A DNA stretch of 46,543 nt from a virus (IMGVR_UViG_3300044711_000162:1-46543), one strand, 5' to 3'; counted from the first letter of the stretch, positions 1 through 8,359 are shown. The notes: generated by a model not told the origin, from the letters alone. Numbers and translations: made by a program.

Positions 1-127
1 GGCGGTCGAGCGTCATCAAGGGCTATGGCAGTTTCCACACCTTCGTCATCGACAATGGCGCGACGTCGGTCATCTCGCTGTACCGCAACAACGTCTCGCA
101 CCTGAGTTTTCAGGAATCGAACAAGAC
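1..127. repeat. Terminal direct repeat, copy 1 (circular-contig overlap)
   Basis: 1-127 is identical to 46417-46543 and the reading frame continues across the join. Confidence 0.97.
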
Positions 128-1022
128 CGGCGGCAAATGCTTCCGCGCGTTCGGGTTCGCCGAGGCGCGGTTTCACGACCTGAGCTTCGATCAGCCGTAC
201 GACGGCGCGGAGTTCAACTGGTACAACGACGTCACCGCCACGAACATCATCTTTCAGGGGCCGTTGCGGTGCGAGAATTCGCAGCGGATCCTGCTCACCA
301 GTCCGCTCCACACGACGTCCGACGTGTTCACGATGAAGGATATCGGCATCGGCGGGCAGTCGGCCTATTCCGGACCGCCGGGCCCGCACGCCGCGCACGG
401 GATCGTGATCGACGGCTGGTGCAACACCGTCTCGATCCAGAAAGCCTATTGCGTGCGGGTCGAGGGAAACGGCTACTGGATCCGCAACGCGATCGGCGCC
501 GACCAGCCCCCGAGCTATATCGAGATGGAGGGCGTCGAGACCGACTTCTGCGGCGGCACCGGCATCTATCTCCAGCACTGCACCGGGTGCCACATCTCCA
601 TCCCGCAGCTCGGCAACAGCTATAACGCGCGCGGCATCATCGTCGCGGCGGGCGTGCTGAACGTCACGATCACGGGCGGCCAGATCAGCGACAACGGCAA
701 CGAAGGCCTGGTGATCGCCGGCTCGCGCGTGACGGTGACCGGCGTGCACCTCTATTCGAACGGGACCTCCGCGCGTGGCGGCGCCGCGCACAGCTATGCC
801 GGGGTCTATCTGCAGAGCACCGCGAACAACGTGGTGCTGAACGGCGTGTCGAGCGGCCCCGGATCGGCCGGCAGCACGCAGGCGTACGGCCTGATCATCG
901 ACGCCGCCGCCGATTATTTCGCGGTGTGCGGGGGGAATTTCCTGGCCGGCAATCAGGACGGAACGATCGCCAATGCGGCAGGCACGGGCGCGACGAAAGT
1001 GGTGGCGAACAATGTTGCTTAG
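1..1022 (+). CDS. Tailspike 3' part, parallel beta-helix depolymerase domain
   Basis: Same frame as the 45633 ORF across the join; repeated NVTITGG/GLVIAG/NNVVLNG beta-helix rungs. Confidence 0.88.
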   Translation, partial: RSSVIKGYGSFHTFVIDNGATSVISLYRNNVSHLSFQESNKTGGKCFRAFGFAEARFHDLSFDQPYDGAEFNWYNDVTATNIIFQGPLRCENSQRILLTSPLHTTSDVFTMKDIGIGGQSAYSGPPGPHAAHGIVIDGWCNTVSIQKAYCVRVEGNGYWIRNAIGADQPPSYIEMEGVETDFCGGTGIYLQHCTGCHISIPQLGNSYNARGIIVAAGVLNVTITGGQISDNGNEGLVIAGSRVTVTGVHLYSNGTSARGGAAHSYAGVYLQSTANNVVLNGVSSGPGSAGSTQAYGLIIDAAADYFAVCGGNFLAGNQDGTIANAAGTGATKVVANNVA

Positions 1023-1034
1023 GGAGGTTCTCGC

Positions 1035-1367
1035 ATGACCGCCGCGGCGATCGCACAGGCAATGCCGAACGCCGGCGGCGTGCTGGTGCTGCTGCTCGCA
1101 TTCGGCGCGGTTTTCCGCGTCTGGCTGCAGGGCTTTTCGACATTGGTGACATCGCTGCAGGCGGCGATCGACCGCGCGCTGGCGGCGCATGCGAGCTGCG
1201 AGGATCGGCTGGCCAAGCTGGAAGGCGAACTGGCGGGGCTGCGCCGGCAGACGATCGAGCGATCGCTGCACGAGGCGGTGCCGATCGGCAGGATGTCGCC
1301 CGAAGTGACGGCCGCGGCGATGCGGGTGAAGGAAATCATGGAACGCCAGAAAGGCGATGAGTCATGA
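1035..1367 (+). CDS. Small membrane protein with coiled coil (holin/antiholin-like)
   Basis: GGGAGG RBS; N-terminal hydrophobic segment; overlaps endolysin start (ATGA). Confidence 0.6.
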   Translation: MTAAAIAQAMPNAGGVLVLLLAFGAVFRVWLQGFSTLVTSLQAAIDRALAAHASCEDRLAKLEGELAGLRRQTIERSLHEAVPIGRMSPEVTAAAMRVKEIMERQKGDES

Positions 1368-1918
1368 GCCGCGAGCAGCTGTTCGCCGCGATCCGGCCCT
1401 TTGCGCCGGGCCAGCAATTCACGCCCGAGCATGTCGCGGCGATCGATGCGCTGGCCGACAGCTTCGGCATATCGCGCGGCGGCGAACGGACGCTCGGCGC
1501 GGCCGGGCTGCAGATCATCAAGGATGCGGAGGGGCTGCGGCTGTCGGCCTATCAGGACACCGGCGGCGTGTGGACGATCGGATATGGGCACACCGGCGCC
1601 GACGTCCACCCGAAGCTGACGATCAGCGAAGTCACCGCGGAGGCACTGCTGCGCCGGGACGTGGCCGACGCCGAGGTGGCGGTGCGGCGGCTGTTCCCGA
1701 AGACGACGCAAAACCAGTTCGACGCGCTGGTTTCGTTCACGTTCAACGAAGGCGCGGGCCAGGTCGAGGCGAGCAGTTTGCGCCGGCTGCACAACGACGG
1801 CGACTATGCCGGTGCGCAGTCGCAGTTCGCGCGCTGGATCTATGACGATCACAAGGCGCTGCCCGGGCTGGTGAAACGCCGCCGCGCCGAGGCCGATCTG
1901 TACGGGCGGGCGGCATGA
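1364..1918 (+). CDS. Endolysin, GH24 phage lysozyme
   Basis: EGLRLSAYQDTGGVWTIGYGHT catalytic motif; QNQFDALVSFTFN; GLVKRRRAE. Confidence 0.95.
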   Translation: MSREQLFAAIRPFAPGQQFTPEHVAAIDALADSFGISRGGERTLGAAGLQIIKDAEGLRLSAYQDTGGVWTIGYGHTGADVHPKLTISEVTAEALLRRDVADAEVAVRRLFPKTTQNQFDALVSFTFNEGAGQVEASSLRRLHNDGDYAGAQSQFARWIYDDHKALPGLVKRRRAEADLYGRAA

Positions 1919-2145
1919 AGCACGAGCAGCTCATCGCCTATCTCGCCACGCTGGCCGCGCTGGTCTTCGTGATCGTGGCGGCGATGATCGTCGCGGCATG
2001 GGTGCCGGCGGTGATGGGCAAGTTCGAGGCGTTCGGGCTGGGCACCGTCACCGGCGGGCTGATCGGCGTGCTGCGCATTCCCGCCGCGCGCGGATCGGTA
2101 TCGAACGTCGAGCAGGCCGACACCGTCAATCAGGGTGGCGGCTGA
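1915..2145 (+). CDS. Putative holin (2 TM segments)
   Basis: 76 aa, two hydrophobic helices, directly after endolysin. Confidence 0.65.
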   Translation: MKHEQLIAYLATLAALVFVIVAAMIVAAWVPAVMGKFEAFGLGTVTGGLIGVLRIPAARGSVSNVEQADTVNQGGG

Positions 2146-2387
2146 TGCTGCGCGACCCTTCGCTTCCGCCACGGCGGCGCCGCCCCGAGCAAGTGGCGGC
2201 GCGGGCGCAGCTGCAGCGCGCGCATGCGACGGTGCAGCAGGTGGCGAGCGACGTCGCGACGATCGAGGCCGGCACGGTTTCGACCGGCGAACTGACCAAC
2301 GCGGACCTGCCCACCGACAATACCGCGCTCGCGCTCGCGCTGGCGCAGATCAACACCCGCCTCGAAGCACTGGAGCCGCCGCCATGA
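2145..2387 (+). CDS. Hypothetical protein (80 aa)
   Basis: TGATG coupling upstream and ATGA coupling downstream; MLRDPSLPPRRRR start. Confidence 0.6.
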   Translation: MLRDPSLPPRRRRPEQVAARAQLQRAHATVQQVASDVATIEAGTVSTGELTNADLPTDNTALALALAQINTRLEALEPPP

Positions 2388-2734
2388 TCGCATTCTTCAT
2401 CGCCATTGCGGCGCGCTGGGGGCTCACGGGAGGCGCGGCGAAGCTGGCGGGGTGGTTGCTGGCCATCGCCGCCGCGATCGCGCTGCTGGGCGCCCTGTGG
2501 GGCGCGTGGAAGGCATTCGACTGGCTGAACGACCGGCAGGCCGTTCGCCGCGATATCGACAGGACCAACGTGGACGTGCTCGGCCGCCAGATCGGCGCCG
2601 AGCGAAAGGCCGGCGCCGAACTGGGCAACGCGATCGACGCGGCCGGCAATCAGCAACAGCAAGCGGAGGAACGGGCCCATGCGGCGCGCAGGAATCGCCA
2701 TAGTGCTCTCGATGATCTGGCTAACGGCATGTAG
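2384..2734 (+). CDS. Rz-like inner-membrane spanin
   Basis: N-terminal TM segment (MIAFFIAIAARWGLTGGAAKLAGWLLAI) followed by helical region; overlaps a lipoprotein gene. Confidence 0.7.
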   Translation: MIAFFIAIAARWGLTGGAAKLAGWLLAIAAAIALLGALWGAWKAFDWLNDRQAVRRDIDRTNVDVLGRQIGAERKAGAELGNAIDAAGNQQQQAEERAHAARRNRHSALDDLANGM

Positions 2735-3005
2735 CGCGCCGACGCGCCACATGGTGGTGACGGCGGATCCGGCACGCGATGCCGAATGCCCGGCGACGTT
2801 CCCGGGACTCGAGGGGCTGAAGCCGCTCGCGGCGAGCACGCTGGTGCTGCCGGACGGCGCCGAAGTGGTGCCGCTGGATGCCGTGCTCGACCGCGATGAA
2901 ATCACGGCGGTGGCGATCGGCCGCATGCGCGAGGCGTGGCAGCGATGCCGCGCGGTGGTGGACTATCGCGCGCGCTTCGACGCGCTGATGCGGGAGGGCA
3001 AGTAG
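2679..3005 (+). CDS. Rz1-like outer-membrane lipoprotein spanin
   Basis: Signal peptide with lipobox LTAC; overlaps the 3' end of the Rz-like gene. Confidence 0.72.
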   Translation: MRRAGIAIVLSMIWLTACSAPTRHMVVTADPARDAECPATFPGLEGLKPLAASTLVLPDGAEVVPLDAVLDRDEITAVAIGRMREAWQRCRAVVDYRARFDALMREGK

Positions 3006-3530
3006 ATGGCCGCGGGCGATGTGACGATCGGCAACCATGGGTCGACCAACGAAGTGCGCCAGGTCGCGCTGGCGCTGGGCGTGCCGGGCGACGCGGCGGT
3101 GGCGGTTTCGGACAGCGACCCGCTGCCGATGTCCGACGACGCCGCGCAGACGCTGTTGCAGGATATCAACAATCAGCTGGCGTCGACGCCGACGGCGCTG
3201 CCGCCGGTGCCGCTGCTGACGACGGACGGCCTGACGCGGACCCTGTTCGATTTCACCTCCACCGCCGATCAGGATCTGGTCGCGGCGGTGGCGGGGCAGA
3301 CGACGCGCGTGCACCAGCTAATCCTGACGTGCCCGAGCGCGGTCAATTTGAGCGTCTATAGCGGCGGATCTGGCGGGACGCTGCTGGGCTTCTACCAGCT
3401 GCAGGTCGGCCTGGTCCTCGATTTCAATTCGTTCCCCCACTGGAAGACGGCGGCAAACGCGAAGCTGACGTTCAAGGCGAGCGCGGCGGTGCGGATGTCC
3501 GGCACCATCGCGACGGTGACGTCGGCATGA
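3006..3530 (+). CDS. Hypothetical beta-rich protein, possibly virion-associated
   Basis: Starts immediately after spanin; typical codon usage; beta-strand-rich C-terminal half. Confidence 0.7.
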   Translation: MAAGDVTIGNHGSTNEVRQVALALGVPGDAAVAVSDSDPLPMSDDAAQTLLQDINNQLASTPTALPPVPLLTTDGLTRTLFDFTSTADQDLVAAVAGQTTRVHQLILTCPSAVNLSVYSGGSGGTLLGFYQLQVGLVLDFNSFPHWKTAANAKLTFKASAAVRMSGTIATVTSA

Positions 3531-4339
3531 GCGGCTTCCTCCCCTCGGCCGGGGGCGTGATCGGCATCCCCAACACGACCTATGAATTTCTGGGCCGCGG
3601 CACATATGGCGCGGGGACTTCGGTCACTTCCGGCTCTCCCAATGTGCTGGGCAGCTACACGACGATCGGCACCACGACGGCGGCATGGTCTGAGTTCGAA
3701 CTCGAGTTCGGCAACGTCGGGCTGGCTTCGGCGCGGTGGCTGGTGTCGGTGCGCCTGGCCGGCACCACGGTTGTGCTGCAGGAATATTTCTACACAGGCG
3801 CGAACGTCACAACGCAGGGCGCGCAGCGCGTGCGCATCCCGGTGGCGGTGCCGGCAGGAACGTTGATCGAGATCGCGGCCCGCGCGAGCTCGGGGTCTCA
3901 GTCATTCAATGTCGGCATCATCGGGACCGTGGCCAGCGCCAACATGTTCGCCGGCTTTTCGAGTTTCGCGGCACTGACTTCGGATACGTTAAATTCGCGC
4001 GCGTCGTCGATCGATGTGCCGTTGGACGGCACCTGGACCCAGCTGGTCGCAACGACGGCGGCGAATTACAGTGCCTTGCTCGCGTCGATCGGCGACAATG
4101 GCAGCGCGCTGGCGACGGCGCAGATGGTCGACGTGTCGATCGGCATCGGCGGCGCCGGCTCCGAAGTTCCGATCTATCAGTTCTCCGCGCAGGCGGGCAC
4201 AACGGCGCCCTATTTCCTGCGCGCGAATTCGCGGCCGATTTTCCGCGGCATCCCCGCCGGAACGCGGCTGTCCGCGCGCGTGCTGGCGCTGACGCCGGGC
4301 ACCGACAAGGGCCGCGTCGGAATCTGGGCCGCGCCATGA
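3527..4339 (+). CDS. Beta-sandwich-like protein with internal duplication
   Basis: ATGA coupling; two similar halves ending IPVAVPAGTLIEIAAR and IFRGIPAGTRLSAR. Confidence 0.72.
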   Translation: MSGFLPSAGGVIGIPNTTYEFLGRGTYGAGTSVTSGSPNVLGSYTTIGTTTAAWSEFELEFGNVGLASARWLVSVRLAGTTVVLQEYFYTGANVTTQGAQRVRIPVAVPAGTLIEIAARASSGSQSFNVGIIGTVASANMFAGFSSFAALTSDTLNSRASSIDVPLDGTWTQLVATTAANYSALLASIGDNGSALATAQMVDVSIGIGGAGSEVPIYQFSAQAGTTAPYFLRANSRPIFRGIPAGTRLSARVLALTPGTDKGRVGIWAAP

Positions 4340-6444
4340 CGGTTGCGTGCACGTTCGCCTATATCATCCGGATGGCGTGCGGCCGCGGCGGGCCGCCGCC
4401 ACCGACGCCGCCGCCTCCGCCACCCCCTCCGCCGCCGTCGCCGACGCCGACGCCGACCCCCACGCCGACGCCAACCCCGACACCTACGCCCACGCCTTCG
4501 CCGACGCCCACGCCGTCGCCGGTTCCGTCGCCGCCGGCGGTCACGCCGGGCGCAGGGTATAAGCTGGGCGTCAACAGCCTGAACCTGACCCAGGGCACGC
4601 CGCAGGCGCCGTTCCGCGACCTGTGGCAGAATTCCGCGTGGCGCGGCGAGAACCTCGAAAAGACCGACCTGGCGATCGAGCAGATGCAGCTCGACAATTT
4701 CGGGCGAGCGCACAGCTATCTGCCCGGACAGTCGTCGCTGAAGCTGCGACTGCAGGATTATTATTATTCGGGGCAGGAGGGCGAATATACCGTCACCGGG
4801 CCGACGGGCTTTACCGGCGTGATCACGGTCGACGGCGCGACGGTAACGCAGGCGTGGAACGGCACCAGCTGCAAATTCACGGTGCCGCTGTCGCCCGATG
4901 GCGGGAACCAGATCTTCGTCAACTTCTCCGGCGCGATCCCGGCGGCCGGGCTCTACTGTTCGATCCTGCGCACGAGCGACAGCAGCGGGCTAAGGGTCAA
5001 CGACCTGTTCGTGAACAATCTCGCGCTGGTCGCGAGCCTGTTCCGATCGATGCAATGGAGCCGCACGTTCGACAATTACGGTGTCAACGCGGGCGGGCTG
5101 GGCCTGATCCCGCGCACCCTGGCGAAGCGCTGGCAAGGGCCGGCGACGATGGGCCCGGTGATGATCGAAATACTGGTCGAGCTGTGCAATCGCGCCAATT
5201 GCGACCTGTGGTTCAACTGGAGCGAGATCGACAGCGACGATCTGTTGAGCTGGACGTTCGACTATATCGCCGCGAACCTCAATTCAGGCCTCAAGCTGCA
5301 CTGCGAAATGTCGGACGAGATCTGGAACGGGGCGGTGCCGTATCTGGCGGCGGAACGCAACGTCCGCTACCTCGGCCTGTGCGCGGGCTATGCGATCGAC
5401 AGCGCCACCTATGGCACGGCGATACCGCACACGATTCGCTATAATTTCTCGGAGAAGCCCGGGACGAACGATCCGGCGGCATCGGCCGTCACGCTGGTCG
5501 ACTGCGCGGCCGGCGACCTGATCTTCATGTATCTGACCGGCGTCGGCTTCTGGACGATGCAGGCGATGGTGGACGTGCCGGCGGGCACGACGATGCAGGT
5601 GCCGAACACGTCGGAAGCGGCGCGCACCTGGATCGAAGGCAGCACGGTGACGCCCGACGGCAAGTTCAAGCTGGTCTGGGGCACCGGGAGTTGCAAGACG
5701 GCGGGCTATCGCTGGGTCGCGCAGCGCACGTTGGATGTGCGCACGCTCGCGCGGGCGTCGTTCGCGGCGGCGGGACGTGCGATGCCGTTTTTCCATATCG
5801 GCCATCAGGCGGGTGCGCTGAACATCAACCCGATCAGCCTGGCGCTCGACTGGAACAACGCAGGGGCGACGATCGAATATGTGTGCACGGGCCCCTATTG
5901 GGGCAACGGCCCGGGGATGACCGACGGGCCCAACAAGCTGGGACCGTACACGACGAACATGTACCCGGTGATCGCCAACGTGACGTATCGCCAGCACCCC
6001 TGGACGGCGACGCAAAAGGTGCTGATCACGACGGATATTCCGGCGTGGCGCAACTCGTTCTGGGCGGTGGCGATCGACGCCATCACGTCGGTCTCGCTCA
6101 AGATCGTGCAGATGAAGGCCGACCTGGCGGCGAAATATCCGTCGATCAAGCTGAGCTTCTACGAGTTCGGATGGCACGTCATCTTCAGCGGAACGCAGCC
6201 CGACCAGCTCGTGACCGAATACCCGGTGCTGGTGCGCAGCCAGGCCTATGCCGATGTGCTGGCCTATTATCTGACGGTGATGAGCGAACATGGCGGGCCG
6301 CAGTGCCTGTTCGTGCTGGGCCCGTCCAAGGTCCTGTCGAATTCCTACGTCAAAGGCTATTGGTCGATGTTCGAATCCGAAGCGGATGTCGGCACCGACA
6401 ATCTGCGCTGGACCAAGCTCAAAGCGTACAAGGCCGCGCACTGA
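4336..6444 (+). CDS. Pro/Thr-linker protein with clan GH-A-like glycoside hydrolase domain (702 aa)
   Basis: True start is probably ATG 4336 (ATGA overlap), not 3736; motifs LFRSMQW, LVELCNRANCDLWFN, EMSDEIWN, FYEFGWH. Confidence 0.65.
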   Translation: MTVACTFAYIIRMACGRGGPPPPTPPPPPPPPPPSPTPTPTPTPTPTPTPTPTPSPTPTPSPVPSPPAVTPGAGYKLGVNSLNLTQGTPQAPFRDLWQNSAWRGENLEKTDLAIEQMQLDNFGRAHSYLPGQSSLKLRLQDYYYSGQEGEYTVTGPTGFTGVITVDGATVTQAWNGTSCKFTVPLSPDGGNQIFVNFSGAIPAAGLYCSILRTSDSSGLRVNDLFVNNLALVASLFRSMQWSRTFDNYGVNAGGLGLIPRTLAKRWQGPATMGPVMIEILVELCNRANCDLWFNWSEIDSDDLLSWTFDYIAANLNSGLKLHCEMSDEIWNGAVPYLAAERNVRYLGLCAGYAIDSATYGTAIPHTIRYNFSEKPGTNDPAASAVTLVDCAAGDLIFMYLTGVGFWTMQAMVDVPAGTTMQVPNTSEAARTWIEGSTVTPDGKFKLVWGTGSCKTAGYRWVAQRTLDVRTLARASFAAAGRAMPFFHIGHQAGALNINPISLALDWNNAGATIEYVCTGPYWGNGPGMTDGPNKLGPYTTNMYPVIANVTYRQHPWTATQKVLITTDIPAWRNSFWAVAIDAITSVSLKIVQMKADLAAKYPSIKLSFYEFGWHVIFSGTQPDQLVTEYPVLVRSQAYADVLAYYLTVMSEHGGPQCLFVLGPSKVLSNSYVKGYWSMFESEADVGTDNLRWTKLKAYKAAH
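4393..4540 (+). repeat. Low-complexity coding repeat (poly-Pro, PT/PS linker)
   Basis: ccgacg/ccgccg hexamer repeats encoding PPPPTPPPP..PTPTPTPT. Confidence 0.95.
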
Positions 6445-6976
6445 CGCGCCGACGAAGCGATACGCCGGCGAGTGCGAAGCCGGCGAGGAGCATCGCCCAG
6501 GTCGAAGGCTCGGGCACGGTGAGCCATGTGACCGGCGCATGCGCGAGGCCCGGCGCGTTGAATTCTCCGGCCTGGCCGGGCATCAATATGTTGGAATCGA
6601 ATACCGGCCACGGATCGCTGGCAAAGTAGCGAATCGTCGAGAAGTCGATGCTGGGGCCGGTGCCCGTGAGGCTCACCCATGGCGACGTCAGCCCGTCGTC
6701 CTTGTGGTAGGTGATGGTGAAGAAACCGGCATAGTCCGTCGTGCTGCCGCCGGCAGGCGTGAGATGCAGCGCGCCCGTGAACGTCCAATAGAATGTAAAC
6801 GGATCGATGATGTAGGTGCCGGTGAAGTCGCGCGGGGCGAGCACCGAGCCGGTGTAGATCGTGCCGCCGGCGCCGTCGTCGAGCGCCCACGAACGGCCGA
6901 GCGGTTGGGCGGTGGCGCTCGCCGCGATCGGGGCGAGCAACAGGGCAAGTGACGCTAAGATCCGAAACAGTTTCAT
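6419..6976 (-). CDS. PEP-CTERM (PEPxxWA-type) exosortase-target surface protein; moron
   Basis: N-terminal signal peptide; C-terminal VPEPSTWAMLLAGFALAGVSLRRR; AGAGGGGA RBS. Confidence 0.92.
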   Translation of the reverse strand: MKLFRILASLALLLAPIAASATAQPLGRSWALDDGAGGTIYTGSVLAPRDFTGTYIIDPFTFYWTFTGALHLTPAGGSTTDYAGFFTITYHKDDGLTSPWVSLTGTGPSIDFSTIRYFASDPWPVFDSNILMPGQAGEFNAPGLAHAPVTWLTVPEPSTWAMLLAGFALAGVSLRRRVSARPCTL

Positions 6977-7003
6977 GGCAGATCCCCTCTGTTAGGACTG
7001 AGG

Positions 7004-7032
7004 AGTCTGCCACTCTAAACCACTAGCGGCAA
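7004..7032 (-). promoter_or_regulatory. Sigma70-like promoter for the PEP-CTERM gene
   Basis: TTGCCG-17 nt-CAGACT on the minus strand. Confidence 0.55.
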
Positions 7033-7120
7033 TGACGTGCATGTTTCAGATCGGGAATGGATCAATCGGCGCTGCGACAAAGCCCCGGAAAAAGCACAAA
7101 CTGGCGCAATCGCGACAGGC

Positions 7121-7133
7121 TAAGTTGTTGATT
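7121..7133 (-). promoter_or_regulatory. IHF binding site
   Basis: Minus strand AATCAACAACTTA matches WATCAANNNNTTR. Confidence 0.7.
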
Positions 7134-7152
7134 TAGCTTGGTCGTCGCTTAA

Positions 7153-7174
7153 CTTACCATTAGACGACAGGGCA
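7153..7174 (-). other. 5' fragment of a tRNA (Gln-like): acceptor stem strand and D-arm; att core
   Basis: TGCCCTGTCGTCTAATGGTAAG, after which tRNA similarity stops; not a full tRNA. Confidence 0.75.
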
Positions 7175-7185
7175 CCGGGAGGGGC

Positions 7186-7214
7186 GCTCTAAACCGCAGA
7201 TTTCTGCGGGTCAA
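7186..7214 (-). promoter_or_regulatory. Stable-RNA-type promoter pointing into the tRNA fragment
   Basis: TTGACC-17 nt-TAGAGC followed by GC-rich discriminator GCCCCTCCCGG. Confidence 0.65.
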
Positions 7215-7340
7215 GGCGGTTTTCGCTGCGACGCTGCGACGACATTTGCCGTCGCACTGCGACAAAAATTCGCGACTCGGCGATTCGCGAGCGGCGCCCG
7301 AGCCGCCTTTCGAGCGATTCGGGCGCCGTCCAAAGGTCGC

Positions 7341-7369
7341 AAAGGGTATGCAGATTGTGCATACCCTTT
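7341..7369. terminator. 12-bp inverted repeat at the end of the antirepressor operon (terminator and/or operator)
   Basis: AAAGGGTATGCA-GATTG-TGCATACCCTTT; nearly identical to the palindrome within the BRO gene. Confidence 0.7.
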
Positions 7370-7595
7370 AGGCGCGCCGATTGTCGTTGCTGGCGCAGGG
7401 CATGTGGGCGGCGCGCATGAGGCGGCGGCGGGCATGCCACCACGCGTTCTCGTAGAGGCGCCGGACCTCGCGATCGGGCTCGCCCTGGCGGGCCGCCCTT
7501 TGCGCCTGGCGATGATCGGCATCGAGCAGCTCGCGAATCTTGCGGAACTGGAACCGTGCCGTGTCGACGCCGTAGCTGAGGCTGATGCCGGTCAT
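7368..7595 (-). CDS. Hypothetical protein (75 aa)
   Basis: ATG at 7595 overlaps the BRO stop (ATGA); MTGISLSYGVD start. Confidence 0.6.
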   Translation of the reverse strand: MTGISLSYGVDTARFQFRKIRELLDADHRQAQRAARQGEPDREVRRLYENAWWHARRRLMRAAHMPCASNDNRRA

Positions 7596-8317
7596 AGCGA
7601 CTGCTCGACCAACGTCGCGGCAGCGGTCCTGCGCCAGATCCAGCGAGGTATCCCCTGAAGCCGCTGGCGCGTCTTCTCCCATCCGAGGGCTCGCATCACT
7701 TCGCCGAGCCGGAGCGCATTCCGCGCGTCGGCCTGCAGGCCGAGCGCGGCACTCAACTCCCCCACTTCGATCATATCCTTGCCCGCGAGAGCATCGGTTA
7801 CGCTGTGAGCGAAGCCGGTGTCGCTGAGCGCATCGGCGATCGGCGCCGGTAGGCCGATGCGAATCCAGATGTGGCGGCACTCCTCACGGCTCCAGATCTG
7901 GCGTGCTTCGCGCATGATGCCGATCGCGGCATTGAGGCGCGGCATTTCGGCGTCCTCGATCGCCGGCGAAGGCAGTTTAGGCACATCGGAAAGCATGTCG
8001 TAGCGGCCAGTCTTGCGCAGCGATGGCAGCACTTCGCCCGTCACCCAGCGGCGGAAGCGCTTGGCTTCGGGCCGCCGCGACTTGAGGATCGCCGCGAACA
8101 GGCCGGATTCGGAGATGATCGTCATCTCCTGCTGGCCTCCAAGGGTCTGCACAATCTGCAGACCCTTTTCGTCGTCGTCGAGGCTGCGCGTCATTGCCGC
8201 CGCCTCGCTATAGCCGAGGACGGCGGACACGTCGCCGGCTACCCACCAAGGTTCGTCGTCTTGCATGACGACGCGGACCATTTCGGTTTCGAATGTGAAA
8301 TTGACTAAGGCATTCAT
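7592..8317 (-). CDS. BRO-N domain antirepressor-like protein (241 aa)
   Basis: MNALVNF.FE..VRVV..DDEPWWVAGDV..LGY; ISESGLFAAILKSRRPEAKRFRRWVTGEVLPSLRKTGRY. Confidence 0.93.
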   Translation of the reverse strand: MNALVNFTFETEMVRVVMQDDEPWWVAGDVSAVLGYSEAAAMTRSLDDDEKGLQIVQTLGGQQEMTIISESGLFAAILKSRRPEAKRFRRWVTGEVLPSLRKTGRYDMLSDVPKLPSPAIEDAEMPRLNAAIGIMREARQIWSREECRHIWIRIGLPAPIADALSDTGFAHSVTDALAGKDMIEVGELSAALGLQADARNALRLGEVMRALGWEKTRQRLQGIPRWIWRRTAAATLVEQSL

Positions 8318-8325
8318 GGTCAGTC

Positions 8326-8356
8326 CCCAAAGTTGGTCCGACCGCCGCAGGCTAAT
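8326..8356 (-). promoter_or_regulatory. a2/b2-type target sites of c4-like RNA A, overlapping the ant RBS
   Basis: Transcript ATTAGCCT and CTTTGGG are complementary to loops AGGCTAAT and CCCAAAG of the RNA at 8360-8442. Confidence 0.85.
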
Positions 8357-8359
8357 GCG

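Larger units (their letters stand above)
7070..7280. other. attP region
   Basis: tRNA 5' fragment; imperfect inverted repeat GTCGCTTAA/TTAGACGAC around 7-bp CTTACCA (7144-7168); CTGCGAC direct repeats at 7072, 7226, 7234, 7257 (arm-type); IHF consensus site. Confidence 0.8.

Noticed and set aside
1-127. 127-bp terminal repeat as a biological phage terminal repeat
   Set aside because: It falls mid-gene in the tailspike and its length equals a common assembler k-mer; best read as a circularisation overlap
3736-4335. N-terminal 200 aa of the 902-aa ORF
   Set aside because: It overlaps the real 3527-4339 gene in another frame and is Arg-rich shadow sequence; the start at 4336 is translationally coupled
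7153-7174. Complete phage tRNA gene
   Set aside because: Only the 5' 22 nt are tRNA-like; no anticodon arm, T-arm or 3' acceptor strand follows
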